Shown here one piece after another: positions 52,453 through 62,420 of a stretch of 64,000 bases of DNA. This stretch comes from Nitrosopumilus sp. (GTDB lineage Archaea; Thermoproteota; Nitrososphaeria; Nitrososphaerales; Nitrosopumilaceae), in assembly GCA_965205215.1 (NCBI GenBank), contig OZ242041.1:1408001-1472000 (forward strand). Reading direction: 5' to 3'. Below the pieces are notes generated by a model, which was not told where the DNA came from, searched no databases, and saw only the letters and a list, made by a program, of their open reading frames with translations. A program made the translations under genes and the position numbers. The number at the start of each line of letters is the position of its first letter. Positions within the stretch are counted from its first letter, which is position 1.

Positions 52453-53513
52453 CGATCAGCTCTAACATCGATCCAAAGCTGATCGAGGAGATTCTGAAAT
52501 TTGGCCGCAACGTCGTAAACGCGCCCCAGATGGTCTCCTCTCCGGATCAGATCATACTTGACGTGACCCGGCATGACGTGGCCTCTAGCATCGACAAGAC
52601 GCGCCTCTTACACTATAGGCCTCTGACCGAAAAACGACATGCGACGCCCCTGCTGATATCGTACGCGGTAATCAACAGGTTCCACATCCTTGACATTCAT
52701 CCCGAAAAGAGTTGGGTGCGCAGCCTGCTGCGCCAGGGCTTTGACGTGTACATGCTTGACTGGGGGACGCCCACCAGCATGGACAAGTATCTGGACTTTG
52801 ACGACTACGTGAACGGATACATGGACACTTACGTGGAATACATCAAGGACGAGTCTTCCGTAGAGTCCGTGTCTCTGCAGGGATACTGCACGGGCGGCAC
52901 CATCTCCGCCATGTATGCCGCACTCCATCCGGAGAGCGTCAGAAACTACGTGGCCACCGCGCCCGTCGTGGACGGGTGGAAGGACACCACCGTGATCAGC
53001 AATCTTGCAAAGCACATGGACGTGGACAAGATGGTCGAGACAATAGGCAACATGCCCCCCGAGTTCATGTACTATTGTTTTTCCGTGCTCAAGCCGTTTG
53101 AGCAGGGCGTCGAAAAATACGTCAATTTCTTTAGAAACATACACGACAAGCGGTTTGTGGACAACTTTCTGCGCGTCGAGAAATGGCTGGGTGACACGCC
53201 CCCAATACCGGGAGAGCTGTTCAGGCAGTGGATACGCGACATCTACCAGCGGAACCTTCTGGCCCGCAACAAGATGCACGTGGGCGGCGTGCACGTCGAC
53301 CTCAAGAGGATCACCATGCCCATGTTCATCCAGATTGCAGTAGGCGACCACCTGGTCTCGCCGGAGTGTAGCATGCCCCTGTACTCCGCCGTGGGAAGCC
53401 GTGACAAGACACTGCGCATATACCCCACCGGTCACGTGGGCATGATTGCAAGCTCCTTGTCCCAGAAGAGGGTGCTGCCCGAACTGGGCGCGTGGCTTGC
53501 AGAGCGCTCGTAA
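52449..53513 (+). CDS. phaC: Class III PHA synthase subunit PhaC
   Basis: PLLISYAVINRFHILD, YMLDWG, catalytic GYCTGG, GDHLV, TGHVG. Confidence 0.95.
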   Translation: MTISSNIDPKLIEEILKFGRNVVNAPQMVSSPDQIILDVTRHDVASSIDKTRLLHYRPLTEKRHATPLLISYAVINRFHILDIHPEKSWVRSLLRQGFDVYMLDWGTPTSMDKYLDFDDYVNGYMDTYVEYIKDESSVESVSLQGYCTGGTISAMYAALHPESVRNYVATAPVVDGWKDTTVISNLAKHMDVDKMVETIGNMPPEFMYYCFSVLKPFEQGVEKYVNFFRNIHDKRFVDNFLRVEKWLGDTPPIPGELFRQWIRDIYQRNLLARNKMHVGGVHVDLKRITMPMFIQIAVGDHLVSPECSMPLYSAVGSRDKTLRIYPTGHVGMIASSLSQKRVLPELGAWLAERS

Positions 53514-53670
53514 CTGCGGATGTACGCGGCCGGTAAAGTAGTGGCAGGCCCCCGTCTGCAACCTGCGCGTATATTGCAGTGAGCCCGTCCTACACTGCGG
53601 ATGTTTGAACGGGGGGGGGGGGAAGAGTACACCGTTCGACTTTATTACGCAAGCATCCCTCCTCATACGC

Positions 53671-54918
53671 GTGGACGCCCGCGAGATCAAGGACGAGATT
53701 GCCAGACGGTGGCACAGGACGCTTGCGCAAGGCACCGGCACCGAAGCCGGCGGTGCGCGCACTGGGCGCGGCATGTCGGTCAGCGGTTCGACGCCGCCCT
53801 CGGTGTTCGTGGGCTCGTACGGGTATCCCAAAGTGTACGTGGGCCCCATGGTGCCCCCAGTACACGGCGATACTGCGATATTTGACAGCCCCGAAAGATG
53901 GCGGGGACTCTCGCTTGGCGATATCGTGGGCCTGAGGCTTGGGATGATCCGCGGGGTGAGGCAGGTGCGCTCCGATCTGACCGGCTCCGGAGGGGACAGC
54001 CGGTACGTGGAGCAACTGCAGGAGGTCGCCATGTCCTCGGCCCCTCTCGGATCGGACATCTCCTTTGAGGGGCCCGTGCGAGTCAGGACCGCCCGAAATA
54101 ACTACAGTGATGACACGGGAACCCCCTTTGGGCCGATCGGGCTGGTGCGTTCCGCAGAGTTCTCGGACATGCCGCGTCCCTCGAGGCAGATCGAGAAACT
54201 GTACTATGACACGGATGCGAACGCATCGGATGCAATGTTCTCGCTGTACGAGTCGGGCGTCGCCATGTCCGACATACAGAGATGTCTCAGCATTGGAATG
54301 CTCGGCTCAAGGCGCAGGCTGGTTCCGACAAAATGGAGCATTACGGCGGCCGACTCTGCGATATCCTCCCGGCTGCTTGGGCATGTGAGCGAGTGCGACG
54401 TGATAGATTCGTGCAGGGTCTTTTGCCACGAGCACCTTGGAAACGCGTTTGCGGTGGTGCTGTTTGAGAACCGGTGGCTCTTTGAGCTGGTGGAGGCGTG
54501 GCATGCGCCGGCCCCCGATGGCGGCAGCAGCGGTAGCGGCAGCGCTTCAAAGGCCGCGGGACGGGCATCATTTGCCTCAGACTGGGAGACCTCGCACCTG
54601 CAGCGCGCGCCTCAGAACACGGCGGGGGCATACTATGCGACCCGGCTCGGGGTTCTGGAGTATTTGGCAGAGAGACACGTGCAGGCCGGCGCGCTGGTGC
54701 TGCGGGAGATCCGCCCCGAGTATTCTGTGCCCGTGGGCGTATGGCAGGTGCGCGAGGGCGTCAGGGCCGCGATGAAGAACCCTGTCGCGGTGGCAGACAG
54801 CATGGCCGATGGCGTGCGGCTTGCCGCGTCCGCCACGGGCATTGACGCATCCGACTGGCTCGGACACGCCGATACCACAAGGCTTGCAAGACAGCGCACG
54901 CTCGGGGACTATGCATAG
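53671..54918 (+). CDS. nreA: Nre-family PCNA-interacting DNA repair protein
   Basis: GSTPPSVFVGSYGYPKV, RRLVPTKWSITAAD, GAYYATRL, PVGVWQVREGVR, C-terminal PIP-like QRTLGDY. Confidence 0.9.
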   Translation: MDAREIKDEIARRWHRTLAQGTGTEAGGARTGRGMSVSGSTPPSVFVGSYGYPKVYVGPMVPPVHGDTAIFDSPERWRGLSLGDIVGLRLGMIRGVRQVRSDLTGSGGDSRYVEQLQEVAMSSAPLGSDISFEGPVRVRTARNNYSDDTGTPFGPIGLVRSAEFSDMPRPSRQIEKLYYDTDANASDAMFSLYESGVAMSDIQRCLSIGMLGSRRRLVPTKWSITAADSAISSRLLGHVSECDVIDSCRVFCHEHLGNAFAVVLFENRWLFELVEAWHAPAPDGGSSGSGSASKAAGRASFASDWETSHLQRAPQNTAGAYYATRLGVLEYLAERHVQAGALVLREIRPEYSVPVGVWQVREGVRAAMKNPVAVADSMADGVRLAASATGIDASDWLGHADTTRLARQRTLGDYA

Positions 54919-55095
54919 GCGCGCGTAGCCCTAGTCTGGCGCCCGCGCCCCTGGCAAACGGCCCGCGCCGTACCACGCGCAGATGCACGCCGGCAACAAG
55001 TGACAAAACCTGCGCTTGGATTTTTTTTTGCCGCGATACAATCCAGTTGATCCCGTGCTTTTACAGTTAAATCCCCCGCCTGCGACACCACCGGC

Positions 55096-55941
55096 ATGAA
55101 GTTTGTTGCAAGCGGCAAGGTCAAGGACATCTACGAGCTGGAGGACGACCCGGGACACCTTCTGTTCCGGTTCTCTGACCGCGTGTCCGCATACGATGTG
55201 AAATTCTCACAGGACATTCCGCGCAAGGGGGAGATACTGTGCAGATCCGCCGAGTTCTGGTTCGACCGGCTGGATGTGCCGAACCATTTCGTGCGACGCG
55301 TTTCGGACACTGACATGGTGGTTCGACGGATGAGGATGCTGCCACTCGAGTGCGTGGTGAGGGGCTACCTGTATGGAAGCATGTATGACCGGTGGAAGGA
55401 CGGGACGCTGACGCTTCCAGAGGGCTCCGGAACGCAGCTGGCATCCCGGCTCTCAAGGCCCGTGTTTGATCCGACCACAAAGTCCGAGCATGACGTGCCG
55501 GTAGACAGAGAGGCCGCAGTAGGCATGGGGCTGGTCTCCGAGCAGCAGTACGGTTGGCTTGAGGAGAGGTCCATCCGCATATACGAGGACATGTCGCGCG
55601 TGGCAGACTCCGCCGGATTCATCCTGGCCGACCTGAAGCTGGAGTTTGGCATCCTCGAGGGCGAGGACGGTGACGGGCAGATGACCCTGGGCGACTCGAT
55701 AGGGCCTGACGAGTACCGCATGTGGCCCAAGGACGCGTACAGTCCGGGGGACGTCCAGACGTCATACGACAAGCAGATACTCCGCGACTGGCTTGCAGAA
55801 CACGGCTACAAGAAAAAGTTTGAGGATGAGCGCAGTGCGGGCAGGGCGCCGACGGCCCCCGAGATTCCGCCTGACGTGGTGTCGGCCATGACTCTGCGGT
55901 ACGTGGACTCTTTTGGCAAGATAGCGGGGAAGCCCGTGTGA
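55096..55941 (+). CDS. purC: SAICAR synthase
   Basis: [45 protein letters not shown]. Confidence 0.96.
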   Translation: MKFVASGKVKDIYELEDDPGHLLFRFSDRVSAYDVKFSQDIPRKGEILCRSAEFWFDRLDVPNHFVRRVSDTDMVVRRMRMLPLECVVRGYLYGSMYDRWKDGTLTLPEGSGTQLASRLSRPVFDPTTKSEHDVPVDREAAVGMGLVSEQQYGWLEERSIRIYEDMSRVADSAGFILADLKLEFGILEGEDGDGQMTLGDSIGPDEYRMWPKDAYSPGDVQTSYDKQILRDWLAEHGYKKKFEDERSAGRAPTAPEIPPDVVSAMTLRYVDSFGKIAGKPV

Positions 55942-56010
55942 GATCCATGTCTGACGCCGTTGCAGGAAAGATCCGCCCGCATCGCGCAAAGTAAAAAATT
56001 GTGACAATCT

Positions 56011-56340
56011 ATGAGGCTCCGATACAAGGCATCCTTGGTTGTGGCATGCTTTGTTGCATTTTATGTGGGAATTACGCCCTTCGGGGCGATCTGTATTGAA
56101 CCTGCCAACAACTGTACTTTTATCAAAGAACTGGGGATAAACACCGGGCTGACAGTTCCCGGCGGTAGTAAAGACATTGAATATCCGGGAACCGTCCAGG
56201 GAGTGGAAGAACCAAATGTCGGAATCTTCATCTCAGATAACATTTCGTTCTTTGCCGTGATGGTAATCGCTCCTATGTGTGTTATCCTTGCAATTGCATT
56301 TATCGAAAAGCGCAAAAACTCCGTCCGGCCTGTATCCTAG
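56011..56340 (+). CDS. Two-TM hypothetical membrane protein, AT-richer than neighbours
   Basis: Hydrophobic N- and C-terminal segments; many A/T-ending codons. Confidence 0.65.
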   Translation: MRLRYKASLVVACFVAFYVGITPFGAICIEPANNCTFIKELGINTGLTVPGGSKDIEYPGTVQGVEEPNVGIFISDNISFFAVMVIAPMCVILAIAFIEKRKNSVRPVS

Positions 56341-56503
56341 ACGACATCATACACGGTAAATATTGTCACGCTCCCTGAGCCCCGATGCCAGCGTCCGGCA
56401 TTGCACCGCGGTCCTGACGCCGCTCATCGCCTGTCGACCTTGATCTCACCTTCGACTCGAATTTGCAGGCCATCCGGTTTTGCCGTCTTGCCACCGGCTT
56501 GAT

Positions 56504-56553
56504 CCGCCCCCCTGCCGCCCCCCTGCCGCCCCCCTGCCGCCCCCCTGCCGCCC
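56504..56553 (+). repeat. 11-bp tandem repeat (CCGCCCCCCTG)x4.5
   Basis: Read directly; the minus strand carries four G6 runs. Confidence 0.92.
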
Positions 56554-56578
56554 TCCCACGGCCTCGATCGCCGACCAC

Positions 56579-56730
56579 TACTAAATTTTTCATATTACTA
56601 TAATTTACTTACAATAATACTAAAAAAATCATTATATCACTATAATTATAGAAATAACATGATATGTTCAATCTTAAACCATATACATCAAATTAGTCCC
56701 AATATCATACTACCACAAGTTCCATCATAG
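56579..56730. promoter_or_regulatory. Strongly AT-rich intergenic tract with palindromes
   Basis: CTATAATTATAG (56640-56651) and AACAT-N3-ATGTT (56656-56668), upstream of an ArsR gene. Confidence 0.5.
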
Positions 56731-56903
56731 CGATCCTTGATGGGTTACTTGCCCCTGCATGCGTCAACATACTGCCGAAATAGTCAACATGCTATCATTA
56801 TTATCAGAATAGCGCCACGCACGAGGTTGGTTCAAAATATTTGCCCGGCAGGACAACAAATTGTGACATGGGCTCTCTTTAACGAACCCGTTGACTGGAC
56901 CGC

Positions 56904-57551
56904 ATGGCTACGCTACTGGACAGGCAGATCCGGACAAACCGGACCGTGTCAATCACCATGCAGCACGCACGTGCCATAGGGGACCCGATACGCTCAAGGA
57001 TCTTATCCATGCTGTACGGCCAGACGCTGTCGGCAGAAGAGATCACAGCAGCGGTGAACAGGACGGGACCTGAAAAGGCGCTGTCGACTGTGCGACACCA
57101 CATAGACATCCTCAGGACGACGGGCCTCGTTGAGGTGATGAGGATAGTCGAGTCGCGCGGCGGGATTACGAAGTACTACGGGGCGTCCACGAGGTTGCTG
57201 GACCTCGAGGAACCTGAGAACTTTGAGTCTGCGTACTCGTCGGTGATAGACAGGACGGCAAGACGGCTGGAGGAGATTCTCGGCGGAGTTCTCTCAGATA
57301 TTGCCGCGTCCGGAAACGGCGGCAGGCCTACTGCCGAGTATTCGGCGTACCTGGTGGTGGAGATAATGAACCGCGCCATTACCAAGGTGCTTGAGAAGGG
57401 AAAGAGGCGCAAGCGGCAGGGGAGTGGCCGAAAGGCCACGCGGCAGGCCTCGTCTAGAAAGGCGGATTCGCGTGGGGAGAAAACAACGGCAAGTTCGCGG
57501 TCCGGTAACGACGGAGAGAACGCCGAAAAGGGAGAAACCGGCAACGGCTGA
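56904..57551 (+). CDS. ArsR-family winged-helix regulator with basic tail
   Basis: AIGDPIRSRILSML...LSTVRHHIDILRTTGLV...GGITKYY. Confidence 0.88.
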   Translation: MATLLDRQIRTNRTVSITMQHARAIGDPIRSRILSMLYGQTLSAEEITAAVNRTGPEKALSTVRHHIDILRTTGLVEVMRIVESRGGITKYYGASTRLLDLEEPENFESAYSSVIDRTARRLEEILGGVLSDIAASGNGGRPTAEYSAYLVVEIMNRAITKVLEKGKRRKRQGSGRKATRQASSRKADSRGEKTTASSRSGNDGENAEKGETGNG

Positions 57552-57699
57552 CATCTGTCCTGCGCATCGCCGTCAGTGACGGCGGGGGAATGCGCGGACC
57601 GGATTGTCGGTTGTGGGAGTTGCCTCTAGGGTGCACTGGTCACGGGGCCGGGCAGATTATATACTGCAGACTGCGCAGCGCGGTGGTGTTCTGGTGCAT

Positions 57700-58140
57700 A
57701 TGGCGCGTGTAAATGTCGATGCGGACTCGGTGAGGCACCTAGAGCGCCTGCTCTCGGGACGGAACCTGGTGTACGTAGCGACCGTAATGCCAGACGGCTC
57801 GCCGCAGGTGACGCCGGTCTGGGCAAACTGGGCTGACGGGTTCATAATGGTCAACACAGCCGAGGGCAGGACAAAGCACCGCAACGTTCTGCGCGATAAC
57901 AGGGTGGCCGTATCGGTCACGTCGGCCGACGATCCGTTGCAGATGGTGTCGGTCCGGGGCGTGGTCGAGGAGATGATCCCCGATTATGACTACAAGTACG
58001 CCGACATCCTGACGCGGCAGTATATGCCGGGGAAGGACAGGTACCCCTTCCGCCGCCCGGGTGAGAGGCGCACTACACTCCGGATAAGGCCCGTCAGCGT
58101 GTACGTCATGCCGGAGATACGGGCGGAGCCCGGCGACTGA
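57700..58140 (+). CDS. PPOX-class (probably F420-dependent) oxidoreductase
   Basis: VATVMPDGSPQVTPVW, NTAEGRTKHRNVLRDNRVAVSV. Confidence 0.9.
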   Translation: MARVNVDADSVRHLERLLSGRNLVYVATVMPDGSPQVTPVWANWADGFIMVNTAEGRTKHRNVLRDNRVAVSVTSADDPLQMVSVRGVVEEMIPDYDYKYADILTRQYMPGKDRYPFRRPGERRTTLRIRPVSVYVMPEIRAEPGD

Positions 58141-58148
58141 TCCGCATG

Positions 58149-58170
58149 TTTCACAACTCGTATTTAGAAA
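58149..58170. repeat. 22-bp imperfect palindrome, copy 1
   Basis: TTTCACAACTCGTATTTAGAAA. Confidence 0.6.
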
Positions 58171-58423
58171 GATTTGGTCGGTGCCCGGCAGTTGCCCGGA
58201 TCCGGCCTCATGCCCGCAGACGCTAAAATGCATTCGTCCTGACGGCACCGGCGCCTGGCGCCATGCGCTATCATTACCCATCGAATTTTTACGCTTTTAA
58301 TGAAAATCAAATAATTACGTTGGTAAGCAGTTGCGCGTCGATGGGACGGGACAAACTCGATTGATTGTGCCTATGTTCGCATACATATGCTCCTGTCGCC
58401 ATTTGACTCGCACATAGGCGTCG

Positions 58424-58915
58424 TCACTCAATGTGGCAGTTTGCAATGCATATGGAGCCTATGTCCTTGAAGTTCTGCTCCTTTTGCGGCCTTATCAGTA
58501 TGTCATACCTAGAGTCCTCATCAAACGGCACGTCAAACTGCGTGCTTCTCTCCACCACGTCGCCCGGCTCGAGCCACTCCACCAGCAGGTCCCTTTGCGA
58601 AAAGTTGCCGTATACAGCCTGGTGCCTCACGCTATCCTCTCCCTCGATGTAAAACTGGCCGCCCGAAAGGAGTGTCCTGTCCTCTCCCTTGTTCTCCGCC
58701 GTGAGTGCAACCATAACGTATACATGCTCTGGCTGCTCCTCCTTGTCGCCCATGTGGGTATTCTCAAACGACACCGTATACTCGACGGGCCCCACCATCA
58801 CGGGCTCGCCCGCGGAGACCTCGAGGTGGTCCGGCGTGTACTCTACGTACATGTAGCCTGCTATGATCATGGACGCTATTATTGCGCCAATGACTATTAC
58901 TACTATTGCAGCCAT
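58424..58915 (-). CDS. Membrane-anchored DUF4352-like Ig-fold protein
   Basis: N-terminal TM; YVMVALTAENKG, LEPGDVVERSTQFDVP. Confidence 0.8.
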   Translation of the reverse strand: MAAIVVIVIGAIIASMIIAGYMYVEYTPDHLEVSAGEPVMVGPVEYTVSFENTHMGDKEEQPEHVYVMVALTAENKGEDRTLLSGGQFYIEGEDSVRHQAVYGNFSQRDLLVEWLEPGDVVERSTQFDVPFDEDSRYDILIRPQKEQNFKDIGSICIANCHIE

Positions 58916-59338
58916 GTGTCTCTCTCCGCCTTTGTCGTATAATATTCTTGAGATTGCCTCCCTCGACTCCCAAACATTGGATCAAATATCCGGATGGCAT
59001 TAGGCCCACATCTTGGTGGCATTAGAACCACGTGGGGGGGGGGGGATTTGGCCCTGTTTTGCCCCCTCTAGTGTACGTCTCCGATCTTCATTGGGATGTC
59101 AGGTGGAAAAGATCAGCTGCTAGCATGACGTTTTTTTGCGTGGAACCGTACGGGCGTGTGAAATCCAAGTCTGTTGGCTGCTTGTTGCAAGGCCTCCAAC
59201 GGTTTTTTGGCTGATTATTTTACGCGTTCTGCCATGTCATTGGGTCGGAATATCGTGGTTTGGTGAGCGTCTATCCTCCCGCCCTGCCGTATACGTATCG
59301 CGCCTCGTGTTTTCTACTAAGTAATCAGTAAAAACACC

Positions 59339-59461
59339 TTTGAGAGGGGGGTTTAGCTTTCACGCCTAGCATGAAACGATTGCACATCCCGGGCCCAGCT
59401 AGCGGGATGGTTTGACCCTTGGATCCCGTATGCAGGCGTGGAAGCTAAACCCCCCCTCAAA
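59339..59461. repeat. ~33-bp imperfect inverted repeat enclosing an inner hairpin
   Basis: TTTGAGAGGGGGGTTTAGCTTTCACGCCTAGCAT versus ATGCAGGCGTGGAAGCTAAACCCCCCCTCAAA; third partial copy at 59510-59528. Confidence 0.8.
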
Positions 59462-59879
59462 ATTGCGTTTTCCAGATATTTGGGATTGTGCCTGAACGCG
59501 TGGAGCCGGGAGGGGGGTTTAGCTCTCAGGCGTGAAGCTGCAAAATGGGTGTTTGGGGGTACTGTCGGCGTTTTTTTTTGGACCTGCAGGACTGCGGCCA
59601 AAAATTGGCCTTTTGCATCCCCCTGTTGCGGGCTCCCCCCGCTTCCTGCCGAATGCCAGTTTGCAGATTGGCGGAAATGGGTTGTATGACATGTGTGGTT
59701 CGTGGTACACCCGGGATGTCGATGCTGGTAGTCTTGCAATAGTCATGGAATCGAGGTTGCGCTATGCCAAAGACATTGTGGAGTTCGGTCCTTGGTATTT
59801 GCAAAGTCGTTTGTAATGTGTTCTGACGTTGGTCTTTCGACAGCATGTCTGGCGTGTCACCGGCACTTGATTTTTGATA

Positions 59880-59901
59880 TTTCTAATTTCGAGTTTAGAA
59901 A
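59880..59901. repeat. 22-bp imperfect palindrome, copy 2
   Basis: TTTCTAATTTCGAGTTTAGAAA. Confidence 0.7.
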
Positions 59902-60222
59902 TATTCATAATGGACGCGGCGGGTATTTTATGGAGCCGCCCCGTGCCGCGACACGATGTGCATGTACGTGCTGCTACACATGCGGGCATCGTTCTCCTTT
60001 CCGCGTCTTTCGCACGGTTTTGTGGGGGGCGCTTGGCGACATATGCAATAAACCGACATGCCTCCTGATGTTCTCGGGGTGCGTTTGGCATGTGCCTTGT
60101 ACGTATCATTCGTCGTGGCGGTGGCGGTGAAACCTGCATCATCCGGCCTGCAATGTATGCTGTTGTGGTGGGCAGAAAATGAAAAAACGACTGTGGTTCG
60201 ACGGCGTGTCGGCCCGTATGTG

Positions 60223-60624
60223 TCAGCACAGCGGGGGTATTTGGTCTGCCACGTCCGGCCCCTCTATGATTTCCATGCTCAGGCCGTCAGGATAGAAGCA
60301 GATGTACTCCATGTTTGTCACCGTACCGTCCGCACCCTGCTCTATCGTGAGCTGTGAACCGTCATATCCGGATACGATTATCAGCTTGGTTACACCGGAT
60401 TCAAGGCTCTCCGTCTCGACGTAGATGTCTCGATGCTTCTCCGCGAATGCCACTGCTGCAGGATACTCCATGACGTCTGATGGGAGCGTATCCATGTCCA
60501 TCGAGCCGGGTTCGTCCGTGTCGGGTGGCATGTCAAGCAGGGAAGGCGCAACGTATGAGCTGGCCGTGGCCACTATGATGCCTATGACCGTAATTGCGAT
60601 CAGCGCGATTAGCAATTTTCCCAT
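60223..60624 (-). CDS. Secreted or membrane-anchored acidic hypothetical protein
   Basis: Signal/TM MGKLLIALIAITVIGIIVA; two Cys near the C-terminus; TTAAATA upstream. Confidence 0.75.
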   Translation of the reverse strand: MGKLLIALIAITVIGIIVATASSYVAPSLLDMPPDTDEPGSMDMDTLPSDVMEYPAAVAFAEKHRDIYVETESLESGVTKLIIVSGYDGSQLTIEQGADGTVTNMEYICFYPDGLSMEIIEGPDVADQIPPLC

Positions 60625-60824
60625 GCGCGCTGCTTGCCGCCTTTGTATTTAACCGCCAATCTTTGGTTCTTGTGCGATGTCGACACGCCCTGCATTGATG
60701 TCTGTTCTACTGGCACGCGTGTTCGAGTCTGTCTGTGGGTGTTTCAAGCTAATGCATACGGAAGTGACGAGCGGCCGTGATTGGGGGGGGGGGTGGAGAG
60801 GGTTGCGGCAGGCCCGGCTTTTGG

Positions 60825-61277
60825 CTACGTGGCGCGCCTGATGTGCTCCTTTACCTGGTCTGCTATCCTCGTTATCTGTCTCAGGGACTCAGAAAAGTCC
60901 GACTGATTCTGCCTGTCTGCAGAGTCAATTACGACGTATACGCCCACTATGTTGCGCCCGCTGTCCATCAAAAAGCGGTGCACCGCTCCAACGTAGTTGC
61001 AGTACTCTGTGATTCGCTCTCTCACCCTTTGCTGCTCAGATGCAGTCATGTTCAAAAACCGTTGGTTCAGCCTTGTGCCAAACGGGCACCTCCTGCCGAC
61101 CACTATTACGCCCGGCTGCTTGGCCGGCTCAAATATCTCGGTGTCTATGTCGCGTACGTTCGGGGGGCCGCTTATCACAACCTTGAATGAATGTTCGTCA
61201 TCCGGTTTTTGGTACTTGAATCTCAGGCCCTCGTGGATCAGCCAACGCTCTACGTTGTTCTGGATTCGCGATGTCAT
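60825..61277 (-). CDS. Hypothetical protein (DUF2299-like)
   Basis: MTSRIQNNVERWLIHEGL...; TATATA ~30 nt upstream. Confidence 0.7.
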   Translation of the reverse strand: MTSRIQNNVERWLIHEGLRFKYQKPDDEHSFKVVISGPPNVRDIDTEIFEPAKQPGVIVVGRRCPFGTRLNQRFLNMTASEQQRVRERITEYCNYVGAVHRFLMDSGRNIVGVYVVIDSADRQNQSDFSESLRQITRIADQVKEHIRRAT

Positions 61278-61426
61278 GATATGCGGGATCTGGCGCCACA
61301 ATGCAATATATGCCAAACATGTTGCAGATGATCGTACCGCGTGCTCGGCAGGGTTCCGTGGGGATTTTGGCGGCGTTGTGCGGATTTGTCCTCCCCGTGT
61401 GTCGCCGCTCCTCCATTTTGCCAATG

Positions 61427-61448
61427 TTTCTAAATTCGAATTTGGAAA
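61427..61448. repeat. 22-bp imperfect palindrome, copy 3
   Basis: TTTCTAAATTCGAATTTGGAAA. Confidence 0.7.
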
Positions 61449-61481
61449 CTTTGTGTGTTGCCTGCGTCTGGCGGATCCTGA

Positions 61482-61772
61482 TTATGTCTCGTAGTTGAGG
61501 TTGATCATCGAAAACTCGTCTGGCGGGAGCATCCACACGTGTTCGTCCTGAATCGGGGTTCCAAATGCAAGGAGCAACGCGATGGGTACGATAATCGCGG
61601 CAATCCACAGCGCAGTGAGTGTGGCACCTAGCAACAGGCAGTTTTTGGCCTTTGCCGGATCGTCTTGTTTCAGCGCAAAGTATGCTATGATGCCACCCAG
61701 CAGTTGGAGCGTCACAGGCAGCAGGAACCACCACCTGCTGCGGATTGTCTTTCCGCTGCTACTAAGTATCAT
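61482..61772 (-). CDS. Small two-TM membrane protein, paralogue 1
   Basis: RSRWWFLLP...GGIIAYFALKQDDPAKAKNCL. Confidence 0.8.
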   Translation of the reverse strand: MILSSSGKTIRSRWWFLLPVTLQLLGGIIAYFALKQDDPAKAKNCLLLGATLTALWIAAIIVPIALLLAFGTPIQDEHVWMLPPDEFSMINLNYET

Positions 61773-62084
61773 GCTGTATGTGATGTGTGGTTGCTTAAGT
61801 AGTTATTTCTATCGACGCCTCAATCGGTTGCATCGGTATGCGCTCGCGGTACGTGCTGCAAGTCCTTTGTCGCCTACGTTCTGAAATTGAAACAAGAACT
61901 ATGGTTTGCTACGTGGTGCCATGCCTGTTCCTCTTATGGTGCGTGATCGAAACGGCGGGCAAACGCATCACAAAGAGGCGCGCGAAGGAAGCCTAATGGT
62001 CCATCAGATCTGCTGGAATTTGCCGGGATTGGAATCTCGCGGAGGTGCAACGTGACGTATGCGATGAGGCGCTACGCGCCGCGG

Positions 62085-62420
62085 TCACATGATCTGTATC
62101 GACGCGAACCACTCTACAATCTCGGAGAGCAGCCATGAAAAGAACCCTTCAATTGTGGACGCGTCGGGAGCGGCTTCCGCGCCAGACTGGTTGGCGTCTG
62201 CTGGATGTGGTGGTGATAATTCCGCCGCCGCCCTTTCTTCTTCCTCCCTGCACTTTGCAAGCTCCGCTTGATAGTCCTGTTCGACGCCGGCGGCTTCCAT
62301 GCTGTCGACTCCCATCTCGCATTCGGACCTGGTTTCTACGTATCCTTCCGGGGTGGGCATGCAGATGTCGCCTATGAGGCTGTATCCATCTCCACACGGA
62401 GACGCCATGCATGTGGGCAT
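62085..62420 (-). CDS. Cys-rich hypothetical protein with amphipathic C-terminal helix (possibly 5'-truncated)
   Basis: CMASPCGDGYSLIGDICMP; ends EGFFSWLLSEIVEWFASI; no signal peptide visible. Confidence 0.5.
   Translation of the reverse strand: MPTCMASPCGDGYSLIGDICMPTPEGYVETRSECEMGVDSMEAAGVEQDYQAELAKCREEEERAAAELSPPHPADANQSGAEAAPDASTIEGFFSWLLSEIVEWFASIQIM

Noticed and set aside
58916-60222. Replication origin or protein-coding genes in the long intergenic region
   Set aside because: G-strings do not follow a TTCCA...GAAA ORB core, no cdc6/orc1 is nearby, and the listed ORFs lack protein-like composition
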